Shown: positions 1 through 12,530 of the stretch, piece after piece
Layout of the letters: every line of letters starts with the position of its first letter
Position numbering within the stretch: position 1 is the first letter of the stretch
NCBI RefSeq assembly: GCF_963921235.1
Contig: NC_086108.1
Span: forward strand, 100,628,001-100,692,000
Reading direction: 5' to 3'
DNA from: Mobula hypostoma
Lineage: Eukaryota
Length of the DNA stretch: 64,000 nt
Translations under genes and position numbers: made by a program
Notes under the pieces: generated by a model
Databases searched by the model: none
Told to the model about the DNA's origin: nothing
Seen by the model: only the letters and a program-made list of their open reading frames with translations

Positions 1-3000
1 CCCATGCTAGTAACTCCCTTGTAATTCCATGGGATCTTATCTTGCTAAGCACCTTGTCAAAGGCCTTCTGAAAATCTAAGTACACCACATCTACCGCATC
101 TCCTTTCTCTACCCAGCTTGTAATTTCCTCAAAAAATTGGTTCGTCAGGCAGGATTTTCCTTTCAGAAAACGATGCTGGCTTTGGCCTATCTTGTCATGT
201 GCCTCCAGGTACTCCGTAATCTCATCCCTAACAATCGATTCCAACAACTTCCCAACCGCTGATGTCAGGCTAGCAGGTCTATAGTTTCCCTTCTGCTGCC
301 TCCCACATTTCTTAAATCGCGGAGTAACATTTGCAATTTTCCAGTCATCAGGTACAATGCCAGAATCTATCGATACTTGAAAGGTCATTGTTAATGCCTC
401 TGTAATCTCTCCAGCTATTTCCTTCAGAACAGGAGGGTGCATTCCATCTGGTCCAGGAGATTTATCCACCCTCAGACCATTAAGTTTCATGAGCACCTTC
501 TCAGTCATAATTTTCACTGCACATACTTCACTTTCCTGACACTCTTGAATGTTCAGTATAAGGAAGATGTCTTCTACTGTGAAGACTGATGAAAAATATG
601 CACTCAGTTACTATGCCATCTCTGCATCTTTCATTACAATATCTCAAGCATCATTTTCTATTGGTCCTATATCTACCCTCAACTCTTTTACCTTTTTATA
701 CTTAAAACCTTTTAGTATCTTCTTTGATATTAATCACCAGCTTCCCTTTCATAATGCATCTTTTCCTTTTAATGACTTTCTTAGTTTCTTTCTGCAAGTT
801 CTTAAAAGCTTCCCGATCCTCTATCTTCCCACTAGCTTTGACTTCCCTGTATGCCCTCTCTTTTGCTTTTACTTTGACTGTAACTTCACTTGTCAGCCAC
901 AGTGGTGGCCTTCTTCCATTTGAAAGTTTCTTACTTGGAATACATCTGTCTTGCAGTTCCCTCATTTTTCGCAGAAACTCCAGCCATTGCTGCTCTGCTG
1001 TCCTTGCTGCTTATGTCCCTTTCCAGTCAACTTTGGCCAGTTCCCCTCTCATGCCATTGTAATTTCCCATATTCCACTGAAATATCAACACAATTGAACT
1101 TACTTTCTCCTTCACAAGTTTCAAAGTGAACTCGATCACATTGTGATCACTGTTCCCCAAGAGTTCCTTAACCTTAAGCTCTCTCAACATCTCTGGATCA
1201 CTGCACAACACCCAATCCAGCACAGCGGATCCCCTAGTGGGCCCAACAACAAGCTGTTTTAAAAAGCCATCCCTTGGACATCCTATAAATTCTCTCTCTT
1301 GAAATCCAGTACTGGTCTGGTTTTCCCCAATCCACTTTTATATTAAAATCCCCAATGATTATCACGACATTGCCCTTCTGACACGCCTTTTCCATCTCCT
1401 GCTGTAATTTGTAATCCACATCCCAGCTGCTGTTTGGAGGCCTGTATACAACTGCCATTAGGGTAATTTTACCCTTGCCATTTCTTAACTCAACCCATAG
1501 AGACTCTACACCTTCCGATCCTATGTCATCCCTTTCTAATGATTTAGTATTATTTCTTATACACAGGGCCGTACCACTCCCTCTGCCTATTGACCCATCT
1601 TTCTGCTACACCTTGGACATTCAGCTCCCAATAGCAGCCATCCTTCAGCTAAGTTTCAGAGATGGCCAACATGTCATACTTGCCAATCTGTAACTGAATT
1701 TCAAGATCGTTCCATTTTATTTCTTATGCTGCGTGCATTCAAAAACAAAACTTCCAGTCCAGTATATGTTGCTTTCTGTTTTAACTGCACTATGCCTCTA
1801 TTGCCCTGTTGTAATCCATCCCACTGGCTGCAATTATGCCTCATCTCCTGCCTGTCCTTTCTATCATCTCTGTTGCATGCTATCTTTGATTTATCTGTTT
1901 TCCCCTTCCTCAGCCCTATCACTCTGGTTCCCATACCCCTGCCAAATTAGCTTAAACCCTCCCTAACAGCTCTATTAAACCTGCCTGCTGGGATAGTGGA
2001 CCCCTTTGGGTTCAGGTGGAACCTGTCCTTCTTGTACATGTCGTGCCTCCCCCATAAGATACCCCAATGATCCAGAAACCCAAAGCCCTGCCCCCTACAC
2101 CAGTCCCTCAGCCACACATTAATATGCCTGATCATGCTATTCTTGCGCTTGTTAGCACGTGGCACAGGCAGCAATCCCGAGATTACTACCCTGGAGGTCG
2201 TGCTTTTCAACTTCCTACCCAACTCCCTGAATTCTCTCTTCAGGACCTCCTCCCTTTTTCTGCCCACGTCATTGGTACCAATGCATACCAAGACTTTGAG
2301 CTGTTCACCTTTTCCCTTCAGAATACTCTGCACCCGATCCAAGACATCCTGTATTCTGGCAGCTAGGAGGCAACACACCATATAGGTATCACTATCAGGC
2401 TGACAGAACCTCCTGTTTGTTCCTCACACCATGGAATCCCCTATGACTACCGCATTCCTCATCATCTTCTCACCCTTCTGCACCATAGAACCAAGCTCTG
2501 TGTCAGAGACCCGGTCGGCATGGTTGTCCTCCATCAGGTCACACCCCTCAACAGCATCCAACACGAGATAACGAGTATTGAGGGGGATGGCCACAGGGGT
2601 GCTCTCTGCTATCTGAGTTCTTTCCATCCTTTCCCTGACAGTCACCCACTTATCTAACTCCTGCAGCCTTGGGGTGACTAACTCCTTGTAGCCCCTATCT
2701 CCTGCTCACTTTCCCCAATAGGCAGTAGGTCATCAAGCCGCAATTCCAGATCCCTAACACGGTCTCTCAGGAGCTGCATCTCGGTGCACCTGGTACAGAT
2801 GTGGGCATCTGGGAGACTGGCAGATTCCCAGGATTCCCACATCTGACACCCAGAGCAAAGTACTAACCCTACAGAAATGCTCTTTATTACTCTTAAAAAA
2901 AAAATGGAAAGAAATAAAAACGAAGTCCACTCACCCACTTACCTCGCCGAAGCCTGAATGAGCCAAAACCCTACTACTCTGCCTCAGATCTGTCAATGAC

Positions 3001-3060
3001 CGCTCCTTTGATGAGCGCTCCACTAGGCAGTGTCTCCCTTTTATGTTTGAACCTTCCCTA
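1..3060 (-). mobile_element. CR1-clade LINE, 5' part (5'UTR, zinc-finger/SGNH-esterase ORF1, APE endonuclease and start of RT); degenerate, continues off the window
   Basis: Minus-strand ORF fragments: VLCSGCQMWE..HICTRC (2678-2938), VVIGDSMV (2424-2645), VCIGTNDV..DRFHLNPKG (1947-2381), FLNARSIRNK (1701-1934), VVYRPPNS..IGDFN (1234-1458), SDHNVIEF (1011-1223). Many frameshifts. Confidence 0.93.
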
Positions 3061-5976
3061 CTATCTAACTCACGATTGGTGCTCCGTTTATAGCTGCTGA
3101 CAGGCCACGTAGAACGCTGTATAATTGCTGTTTGCTTGGTTTATTGCTTGCACAATTTGTTTTAGTTCTGTCTGCACAATGGATGTTTGACAGTATTCTT
3201 TTGTTTTTAATGGGTTCTACTGCAGTTCTTTATTTCGTGGCTGCCTGTAAGGAGACGATTCTCAAGGTTGTATAAAGAATACATGATTTGATAATAAATG
3301 TTCTTTAAACTATAAATTTGTTTCTGGATTTGTTGGGCTGAATTGACTCCAAAAACTGTAATAACATAATTTAATACAATGCAAAGCACATCTTCTTTTA
3401 TGGTGCAACATTCAAATTACCTTGGAGGTTGACTGACACCACTGAACCAAATCTGAGTTTGAAATAGTGAATGCTGTCACTAATTTTAACTTCAATCACC
3501 AGCAACCGTTCAGTGGTTTAATAATTTTCAGACTTCGTGCAAACAGAAGTGATGCAACAATTTATGTTTTTTTATTAGAAACAGAGAAAACCTACAGCAC
3601 AATATAGGCCCTTTGGCCCACAAAGCTGTGCTGAACTTATCCTTACTTGAGAAATTACCTAGGGTTACCCATAGCCTTCTAATTTTCTGAGCTCCGTATA
3701 CCTGTCAAAACATCGTATCGTTTCCACCTCCACCACCGTCACTGGCAGCCCATTCCACATACTCACCACTCTCTGCGTAAAAACTTACCCCTGATATCTC
3801 TTCTGTACCTACTTCCAAGCACTTTAAAACTGTGCCCTCTCATATTAGTCATTTCAGCCCTTGAAAAAGCCTCAGACTATCCACACAATCAATGACTCTC
3901 ATCATCTTATATACCCCTATCAGGTCACCTCTCATCCTCCGTTACTCCAAGGAAAAAAGGCCGAGTTCACAAGGCCATGCTCCCCACCCCAGGCAACATC
4001 GTTGTGAATCTCATCTGCACCCTTTCTAGGGTTTCCACATCCTTTCTACAGTGAGGCGACCAGAACTGAGCACAGTACTCCAAGTGGGGTCTGACCAGGG
4101 TCCTTTATATAGCTGCAACATTACCTCTCGGCTCTTAAACTCAGTCCCATGGTTGATGAACCCAGTGCACCATATGCTTTCTTAACCACAAAGTCAACCT
4201 GCGCAGCAGCTTTGAGTGTCCTCTGGACTCGGACCCCAAGATCCCTCCGATCTTCCACAATGCCAAGAGTCTTACCATTAATACAATATTCTGCCATCAT
4301 ATTTGACCTACCAAAATGAACCACCTCACACTTATCTCGGTTGAACTCCATCTACCACTTCTCAGTCCAGTCTTGCATCCTATCTGTAATCTCTGACAGC
4401 CCTGCACACTATCCACAACACCTCCAACCTTTGTGTCATCAGCAAATTTACTAACCCATCCTGCCACTCCTTCATCCAGGTCATTTATAAAAATCACAAA
4501 GAGTAGGAGTCCCAGAACAGATCCCTGAGGCACAATACTGGTCACCGACCTCCATGCAGATTATGACCCGTCTACAACCATTCTTTGCTTTCTGTAAGCA
4601 AGACAGTTCTGGATCCACAAAGCAATGTCTTCTTGGATTCCATGCCTCCTTACTTTCTCAATAAGCCTTTGATGGGGTACCTTATCAAATGCCTTGCTGA
4701 AATCCTTATACACTACATCTACTGCTCTACCATCATCAATGTGTTTAGTCACATCCTCAATAAATTCAATCAGGCTCGTAAGGCACGACCTGCCTTTCAC
4801 AAAGCCATGCTGACTATTCCTAATCATATTATACCTCTCCAAATGTTCATAAATCCTGTCTCTCAGGATCTTCTCCATCAACTTACCAACCACTGAAGTC
4901 AGACTCACTGGTCGATAATTTCTTGGGCTATCTCTACTACATTTCTTGAATAAAGGAACAACATCTGCAACCCTCCAATCCTCCGGAACCTCTCCCGTCC
5001 CCATTGGTGATACAAAGATCATCGCCAGAGGCTCAGCAATCTCCTTGCTTGCCTCCCACAGTAGCCTGGGGTACATCTCGTCTGGTCCTGGTGACCTATC
5101 CAACTTGATTCTTTCCAAAAGTTCCTGCACATCCTCTTTCTTTATATCTACATGCTCAAGCTTTTCAGTCTGCTGCAAGTCTGCACTACAATTGCCAAGA
5201 TCCTTTTCCATAGTGAATACTGAAGCAAAGTACTCATTAACCAAAGTACTCTGCTATCTCCTCCAGTTCCATACATATTTTTCCACTGTCACACTTGATT
5301 GGTCCTATTCTCTTACGTCTTATCCTCTTGCTTTTAACATACTTGTACAATTCCTTGGAGTTTTCCTTAATCCTGTCCGCCAAGGCCTTCTCATGGCCCC
5401 TTCTGGTTCTCCTAATTTCTTTCTTGAGCTCCTTCCTGCTAGCCTTATAATCTTCTAGCTATCATTACCTAGCTTTTTGAACCTTTCGTAAGCTCTTCTT
5501 TCCTTGACTAGGTTTACAACAGACTTTGTACACCAGTTTCTGTCCCCTACCATCCTCTCCGTCTGAATGGAACATACCTATGCAGAAATCCACGCAAATA
5601 TCTCCTGAACATTTGCCACATTTCATCCGCACATTTGCCCAAGAACATCTGTTTCCAATTTATGCTTCCAAGTTCCTGCCTGATAGCCTCATATTTCCCC
5701 TCACTCCAATTAAACACTTTCCTAACTTGTCTGTTCCTATCCTTCTCCAATGCTATGGTAAAGGAGATAGCATTGTGATCATTATCTCCAAAATGCTCTC
5801 CCACTGAGAGATCTGACACCTGACCAGGTTCATTTCCCAATACCAGATCAAGTACAGCCTCTCCTCTTGTAGGCTTATCTACATATTGTCTCAAGAAACC
5901 TTCTTGAACACATCTAACAAACTCCATCCCATCTAAACCCCTCGCTCTAGGGATATGCCAATCAATATTTGGGAAA

Positions 5977-6083
5977 CTTCTCCGTGGATTGTCACCTTGT
6001 CGTGGTGGAGAAGCTTGTGTAGTCCTGTGAACCCGAGAGCAATGCCGTCTGGAGCTATGCTCCTGATAGCCATGATGATGACA
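5977..6083 (+). mobile_element. 107-bp RTE-derived non-autonomous retroposon inserted in the CR1 endonuclease
   Basis: 10-bp TSD atttgggaaa (5967-5976 / 6084-6093). Head motif caccttgtcgtggtggag resembles RTE (BovB/Expander-type) 5'UTRs. Ends in an (ATG)n tail. Confidence 0.82.
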
Positions 6084-7244
6084 ATTTGGGAAATTAAACT
6101 CTCCCACCATGACAACCCTGTTATTATTATACCTTTCCAGAATCTGTCTCCTTAACATCCCTGTTACTATTGGGTGGTCTATAAAAAAACACCCAGTAGA
6201 GTTATGGACCCCTTCCTCTTCCTAACTTCCACCCAGAGACTCTGTAGATAATCCCTCCATGTCTTCCTCCTTTTCTGCAGCTGTGACGCGCCCCCTCCCA
6301 CCCCTTTTGCCTTCCTCCCTGTCCTTTCTGAAACATCTAAAGCCTGGCACTCGAAGTAACCATTCCTGCCCCTGAGCCATCTAAGTCTTTGTAATGGCCA
6401 CAATATTATAGCTCCAACTATTGATCCATGCTCTAAGCTCATCCGCTTTGTTCATAATACTTCTTCCATAAAATGGACACATCTCAAACCATCGGTCTGA
6501 GTGCGTCCCTTCTCTATCATCTGCCTACCCTCCCTCTTGCACTGTCTACAAGCTTTCTCTATTTGTGAGCCAACTGCCTCTTCCTCCGTTTCTTCAGTTT
6601 GGTTCCCACCCCCAGCAATCCTAGTTTAAACTCTCCCCAACAGCCTTAGCAAACCTCCCCGCCAGGATATTGGTCCCCCGGGATTCAACTGCAACCCATC
6701 CTTTTTGTACAGGTCACTCCTGCCCCAAAAGAGGTCCCAATGATCCAGAAATCTGAATCCTTGGCCCCTGCTCCAATCCCTCAGCCATGCATTTATCCTC
6801 CATCTCACTCTATTCCTGTACTCACTGTCGTGTGGCATAGGCAGTATTCCCGAGATGACTACCTCTGTGGTCCTGCTTCTCAACTTCTTTCCTAACTCCC
6901 AGTAGTCTGTTTTCAGGACCTCCTCCCTTTTCCTACCTATGTCACTGGTACCAATGTGTACCACGACCTCTGGCTGTTCTCCTTCCCACTTCAGGATATC
7001 TTGGATGCAATCAGAAACATCTTGGACCCTGGCACCTGGGAGGCAAACTACCATCCGTGCTTCTTCCCTACACCCACAGAATCACCCGTCTGACCCCCCC
7101 ACCCCCCATACAGTCCCCTATCAATGCTGCCATCCTCTTCTTTTCTCTACCCTTCTGACCCACAGGGCCAGACTCTGTGTCAGAGGCGCAGCCACTGTTG
7201 CTTCCCCCATGTAGGCCATTTCCCCCAACAGTACTCAAACAGGA

Positions 7245-7438
7245 GGGGTGTATGCGGTGTCAGGGAGGGGTAGCACCTCTGATGGGGGAACATGTCACGT
7301 CCTTTTCAGGGTGGTTAGTCCACCTTTGGTCCCCACCTGGCACTCAGCTCTCACCTGTGGCTCCCCGTAGCTGTTTGCATGCGACAGCGGCCACACCCCG
7401 GGCAACGGCTTCGACAAGCCGGCTAAACCAGGTGAGGG
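7245..7438 (+). ncRNA. Putative HDV-like self-cleaving ribozyme at the 5' end of the retroposon
   Basis: P1 ggggtgt 7245-7251 / acacccc 7393-7399. P2 ctctcacctgt 7348-7358 / ac(c)aggtgaggg 7427-7438. P3 ggc 7359-7361 / gcc 7390-7392. L3 starts tccccgta. P1.1 cc 7363-7364 / gg 7400-7401, then gcaa, P4 cggctt/aagccg (7406-7421), g, and J4/2 CTAA with C7423 at the catalytic position. Confidence 0.78.
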
Positions 7439-7807
7439 TAGCCGACGAGTCTCAAACCTTCAGTGTGATAGGGAGTCGTCTATCCCAGCATGTGAAGACA
7501 GACTCCGGCGGATTGAGCAGACGAGACCTATGGAAGGTCCAACGGTCAAGAAGGCGGTCTCTGCAAGCGTCGTGGAACGTGTAGAGCAGGACAAGACACA
7601 GAAGACGTCCTGGTCATCCACTGTGCCTAGTCCCATCTCCAGCCGTCTAGACTCTGTCCTGCCACTGAATCCAGATGGGAATTGGGAAGAGAGAGTGAGG
7701 CTGACGCTGCGCAACTCTCCCTCACTTAAATCCAAATCATGCGCTAGTCTCGACACCATCATAATGGTTTCAAGGTCCTCATCGACGTCAACGATGGACG
7801 AACAACC
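7245..7807 (+). mobile_element. ~560-bp non-autonomous RTE-type retroposon inserted in CR1 ORF1
   Basis: TSD actcaaacagga(g) (7233-7244/5 and 7808-7819/20). CpG-rich relative to flanks. 3' stem-loop gtcctcatcg-acgtcaa-cgatggac followed by a short (AAC) tail. No RT or EN domain. Confidence 0.85.
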
Positions 7808-9019
7808 ACTCAAACAGGAGTACTTATTGTCAAGGGGTACAGCCACAGGGGTGCTCTCTAGCCTCTGACTCCTGCCCTTCCCTCTCCTGACTGTTATCCA
7901 CTTATCTGTCTCTCCAGGCCCCGCTGTGACTACCTGCCTATAGGTCTTCTCTATCACCTCCTCACTCTCCCTGACCAGACGAAGGTCATCGAGCTGCAAC
8001 TCCAGTTCTCTAACATGGTCCCTAAGGAGCTGCAGCTCGACATACCTGTTGCAGATATGGCCGTCTGGGAAGCTGGGAGTATCCCGGACCTCCCACATCT
8101 GACAACAAACACAGAAAATCGGCCTCACACACATACTTCCTGTCAGTAATCTACACAGATAAGCTACCTTGCCTCGACCCGTAATCATTGAGCCAAAGCC
8201 TTCCTACTCTGTCTCCCTCTACTCTGACGCCCGCTCTATAAGTTGTCTTCTTTTAAACTCTTCTCACTGTTCTCACTGGCTTGCTATCTGTCAGTGTTTG
8301 CGTGTAATCTGTCAGTTTCATTTTAATTGCCCAATCATGGGAAAGTGACTCTAACTGCAACTCAGCACTTAATAGACCACATCAAGGGAACATCACAGCA
8401 TGCTTGCTTTGAAACAGGTTCAAAAGTGCACATCGCATACTTCAGAATAGATCTTGTTTCTGTCAAAAAAAAAAGTTACCAACTTACATTTTGTTTTGGA
8501 ATGAAGAAACTCCAAATATATCTGCATACTGATCATAAGAAAAAATATTTTTGAAGACAAAGGCTGATTGATAATTCACGTTCCTTCAGGAGTGAGGAAA
8601 GGTATTTCCCTTCGTTTTAATCAAAGATTTGGAATTCACAATTTCAGATGCCTGTCTGGGTTCACTGGTTGAATTCATTTAAAACCCAAGGGCACAAGGG
8701 AATATAGTATCACCAAGACCTAAGAGATTGCAGATGCTGGACTCGAGCAAAAAACAAACTATGGAAAAACTCAGCAGTTGTGGAGTGGCCATGAGTTTGT
8801 GGAGCATTTGTGGAGTGGCCATGAATCAGGATAGAGTGGAGAGGGAAGATAGCCAGAAGAGGAGGAGGTCGTGAGACAGAGACCAGGAGGTGATCTTTCT
8901 CCTTCAGAAAACGTGCTTTGGTGTCTGCAGTAGTTAATGTAGTTCTCAAGCATTTCATCAACTTCCTACGCATCTGTTCTCACCACCCACCCACCTTCCT
9001 CATCCTCCTCCTGACTTCA

Positions 9020-9745
9020 GTGGTTGGTTAAGACATTGGAGTCTATCGTTAAGGATGAGTATTCCGGGTATTTGGAAGTTAATAAAGGCCAAAGTTGCCT
9101 TAAGGGGAAATCTTGCTTAATAAATATGATGGAATCCTTTTGAGGAAGTAACAAGCAAGCTAGGCAAAGGAGAGTCACTGGATATTATTTACTTGGATTT
9201 TCATAAGGCCCTTTACAGAGTACTGCACTTGAGGTTGCTAGAATTACAGGAAAGGTATTAGCATTGATAGAAGTTTGACTGATTGGCAGAAGACAAAGAT
9301 TGGGAATAAAGGAGGATGCCAGTGGCTAGTGATGTTCCACGGGGTTGGAGTTGGAGTCCACTACTTTTCACATTATATTATGATCGTGTGGATAGTCAGA
9401 GGCTTTTTCCCAGGGCTGAAATGGTTGCCACAAGAGGACACAGGTTTAAGGTGCTGGGGAGTAGGTACAGAGATGTCAGGGGTAAGTTTGTTACTCAAAG
9501 AGTGGTGAGTGCGTGGAATGGGCTGCCGGCAACGGTGGTGGAGGCGGATACGATAGGGTCTTTTAAGAGACTTTTGGATAGGTACATGGAGCTTAGAAAT
9601 ATAGAGGGCTATAGGAAAGCCTGGTAATTTCTAAGGTAGGGACATGTTCGGCACAACTTAGTGATCTGAAGGGCCCGTATTGTGCTGTAGGCTTTTTATG
9701 TTCTGTTTTCTATATGTTAATGATATGGATGATGAATTGATCAAT
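9020..9745 (+). mobile_element. Old CR1 RT fragment interrupted by a younger CR1 3'-end copy (9379-9710)
   Basis: Degenerate RT motifs (YLDFHKA, LLFTLY|VND). The insert encodes DRVDSQRLFPRAEMVATRGHRFKV and is bounded by the 5-bp TSD tatat (9374-9378 / 9711-9715). Confidence 0.85.
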
Positions 9746-10007
9746 GTTAACAAAACAGAGCTGGTCATTGAGTTCAGGGAGGGGGCAGTGCAAATGTAAT
9801 GTTTCTGATGGGATAGACTGCAGAAGGAGAAAATGGTCAGATATTATTATGCATGGCAAAAGGGTTTTAATGTGGTAATAAAAGGCACTGAAACTGATCC
9901 AAATCGGAAAGACGGAGTGTTTTTAGTAGAATGCAGGAACTGCACAGAATGTTAAGTTACCCAGAAAAATCAAGAGCAAGGATGTTATGATACATAGAAG
10001 AGGTTGT

Positions 10008-10400
10008 GCAGATGCTGAAGTCCAGTGTAACATACAGAAAATTCTGGAGGAACTCAACAAGTCAGGCAGCATCAATGGAAAGGAATAAACAGTCCACATT
10101 TCTGGCTGAGATCCTTCATTGGGACAGGAAAGGAAGGGGGAAAAGAATTTAAGAATGTGTTGGGGGAGGGAAAGGAGTACAAACTAGGTGAGAGGTGAAG
10201 CCAAGTAGATGGAGAGGAGGGGTGGTATGAAGTGAGAAGCTGGGAGAGGTGATAGGTGGAAAGGGTAAAGGGCTAAAAAAGAAAGAATCTGATAAGAGAG
10301 TGGACCATGGGAGAAAGGGATGAAGGAGGGGTGCTGGGGAGGTGATAGTCAGACGGTGAGAAGAGAAGAGGTAACGGGGAGCCAGAGTGGGGAATGGAAG
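10008..10400 (-). mobile_element. Penelope-derived non-autonomous repeat (terminal region with degenerate hammerhead)
   Basis: Reverse complement matches the terminal region of the Penelope fragment at 32530-32910 and the repeat at 34855-35165 (gatgctgcctgac..ctgagttcctccag). Degenerate HHR at 10090-10127. Confidence 0.75.
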
Positions 10401-12530
10401 TTATGATACAATGTTATAAAACACTGATTAGGCCATAACTGGAGTAGTGTTCACAGTTCTGATTGCCACACTATAAGAAAGAGATGACTGCACAGATAAG
10501 AGTGAATGCACAGGTAATTCACCAGAAAAGTGACAGACAACTTAGACTGGATTTGTTTTATTTGGAGTACACAAGGCCAAGTTTGTTTAGGGTACAGTAG
10601 GGCTGATGGAGACACAGACAATTAAGGAGCAAAGCAGAAAGCTTTACACTAATAGAGAATTGTTTTTTCCTAGAAAAGCATTTTATAAAAATTGAAGAAA
10701 AATTTAGATGTTACAAAGAAGTCAAGAAACAAAAGAATTCAAATCAATACGTGTTGTGGGTGTGACAATATTTCTACAAGCCACAAGACTGTGGGATATT
10801 TAAATACCAAGCACAAGACTCCAATACCTCTCTTTGCTTGCAAATAATAATCAGATCTAAATAAATATTGACTTAAAATAATATTTTCTATACATTTTTG
10901 CTACATTTTATCAAGAGTTGCATAAATTGAAAAGTATTCATTTTCATTGTTTTCATCAAGATACTGTGTAGATTTTTTACAAGTTATGTATAAGATTCAG
11001 GACTGAATTCAGTAATCCTATCAAAGTGTTTTATTGCTATCACATCTCAACCTAATTCTGACATTTTGCTTTAGGCTTGAGGCAATAGTCCGTATTAGTG
11101 TAGTCAGCAATAAACGAACTGCGTTTCCAGCTGCCTACAAACATTTTGTAGGTTTTTTTGAGTTGCAACTTGCAGTTATTGAAGCAAACGAGCAGAATTC
11201 CAACCCACATTACAGAATCTGTTGCAGAAAAGCAACCAATTGCCTCTTACAAACAGATGGAGGGATCTCACACCCAAGGTCCAAATCAAGTATAATTAGA
11301 AGTTTTAAATCATGTACATCAAGATCACACAACTGAGATGAAATAAGGTGAAGTAAGAAGATGGAATTGAGAGGGAGATAAATTTTTCACCAAAATTCTA
11401 AATTTAAGGATTGAGACCGCACATTTGTAGCAATCAATTTTTAGTCAGAGGTGGTTTGGCATTAATTGAAAGTTATCATATTATCACAAATTCACTCAGA
11501 TGTACACTATTATTACAGATCATTGTATTTCAATAATTAACAGTGCTTAGCTACAAATACTCTACAAATTTAAGGCTGAAATTCAAAATGAATTAGTACC
11601 AGGATTTCAAGAAGCCAGAAATGATCTTATTAGTAATTACAATGTTTAAGGGGAACATGAGAGGGAACTCCTTCACTCAGAGGGTTGAGAGAGTATGGGC
11701 CTCAAATGCCAATTATTTCTCTTTCCACAGGTACTGCCTGATTTACTGTGTTCTGCATATTCTACTTTAAATTCAGATTCCAGCATTTGCTCCCCCTGCC
11801 CCCAATTCTTATTACATAAACTAAAATGGTCTCTGGTGCATATCGACATGCCATCAACCTGTGAACATTGCTGCATTATTCTTTTGCACTATTTATTTTG
11901 TTTTGCACTGTTGCTGCCACTGCAAAACAATAAATTTTATGACATTTGAGAGTGATAATAAAACTGTTAGACGCTCCTGATTGTTATTTAATTTAAAAAA
12001 TCTATATGCAAGTTATTAAAACAGAATTGGGTATGTACTTCAACGTCAAAATCCCTACAAAGAAGTCACAAAGAGGTTGCCAGTCCAAAGAGAAACATAG
12101 CACTCCAAATTTTGATAGTGCAATAAACTCAGAGGAAAAAATACAAATAAAACTTAAAGCAGTACAGCACAGGAATGGTGCCTCATTGAACTCATCCCTT
12201 CTGCCTGCTTATCATATAGAACATAGAACAGCAGAGCACAACCTTGTCTCTGTAGCATTCGGACCAATGAAACAGTAACAACATTTGTCAGAGTTGAAAA
12301 GATTTAGTGCAAATCATACCTGTATTTGCGGGTTTTTTTGTACTTGAGCACAATGAATCATATTTGCACAAGACATTACTCTCTTAAAATAAATCTTCAT
12401 GGCAAACCCTGAAAAACATGAATCACTTCCTACAACCCAGGCATCACCTCTTGCCAATGGCAGACTTTGATGGTGAAATTCACCATCACTTCCAAAGCAT
12501 CAGGATAGCTTTCGGCCAAGGGACAGAGTA

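Larger units (their letters stand above)
3576..8280 (-). mobile_element. Near full-length CR1 LINE (ORF1 esterase + ORF2 EN/RT), disrupted, hosting two nested retroposons
   Basis: ORFs 7460-8188 (FCVCCQMWE..HICNR), 6626-7054 (VHIGTSDI), 5547-6158 (GEFNFPN..DNDHN), 4561-5244 (NYRPVSLTS, QHGF, DFSKAFDKVPH), 4297-4545 (PQGSVLG, FADDTK). 3' tail near 3576-3700. Confidence 0.95.

Noticed and set aside
1947..2645. Host GDSL/SGNH lipase gene (also 6626-7054)
   Set aside because: It is the known esterase domain of CR1 ORF1, frameshifted and directly upstream of the endonuclease.
7530..7868. 112-aa ORF inside the ribozyme-headed element
   Set aside because: No recognisable domain, and it runs out through the TSD into host CR1. 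At most a remnant of an RTE leader.
7460..8188. 242-aa novel zinc-finger protein
   Set aside because: Chimeric ORF: CR1 ORF1 N-terminus reading into the antisense strand of the 7245-7807 insertion.
8778..8824. Short direct repeats ttgtggagtggccatga, superficially CRISPR-like
   Set aside because: Only two full copies and one partial, with no unique spacers and no cas genes; a local slippage duplication.
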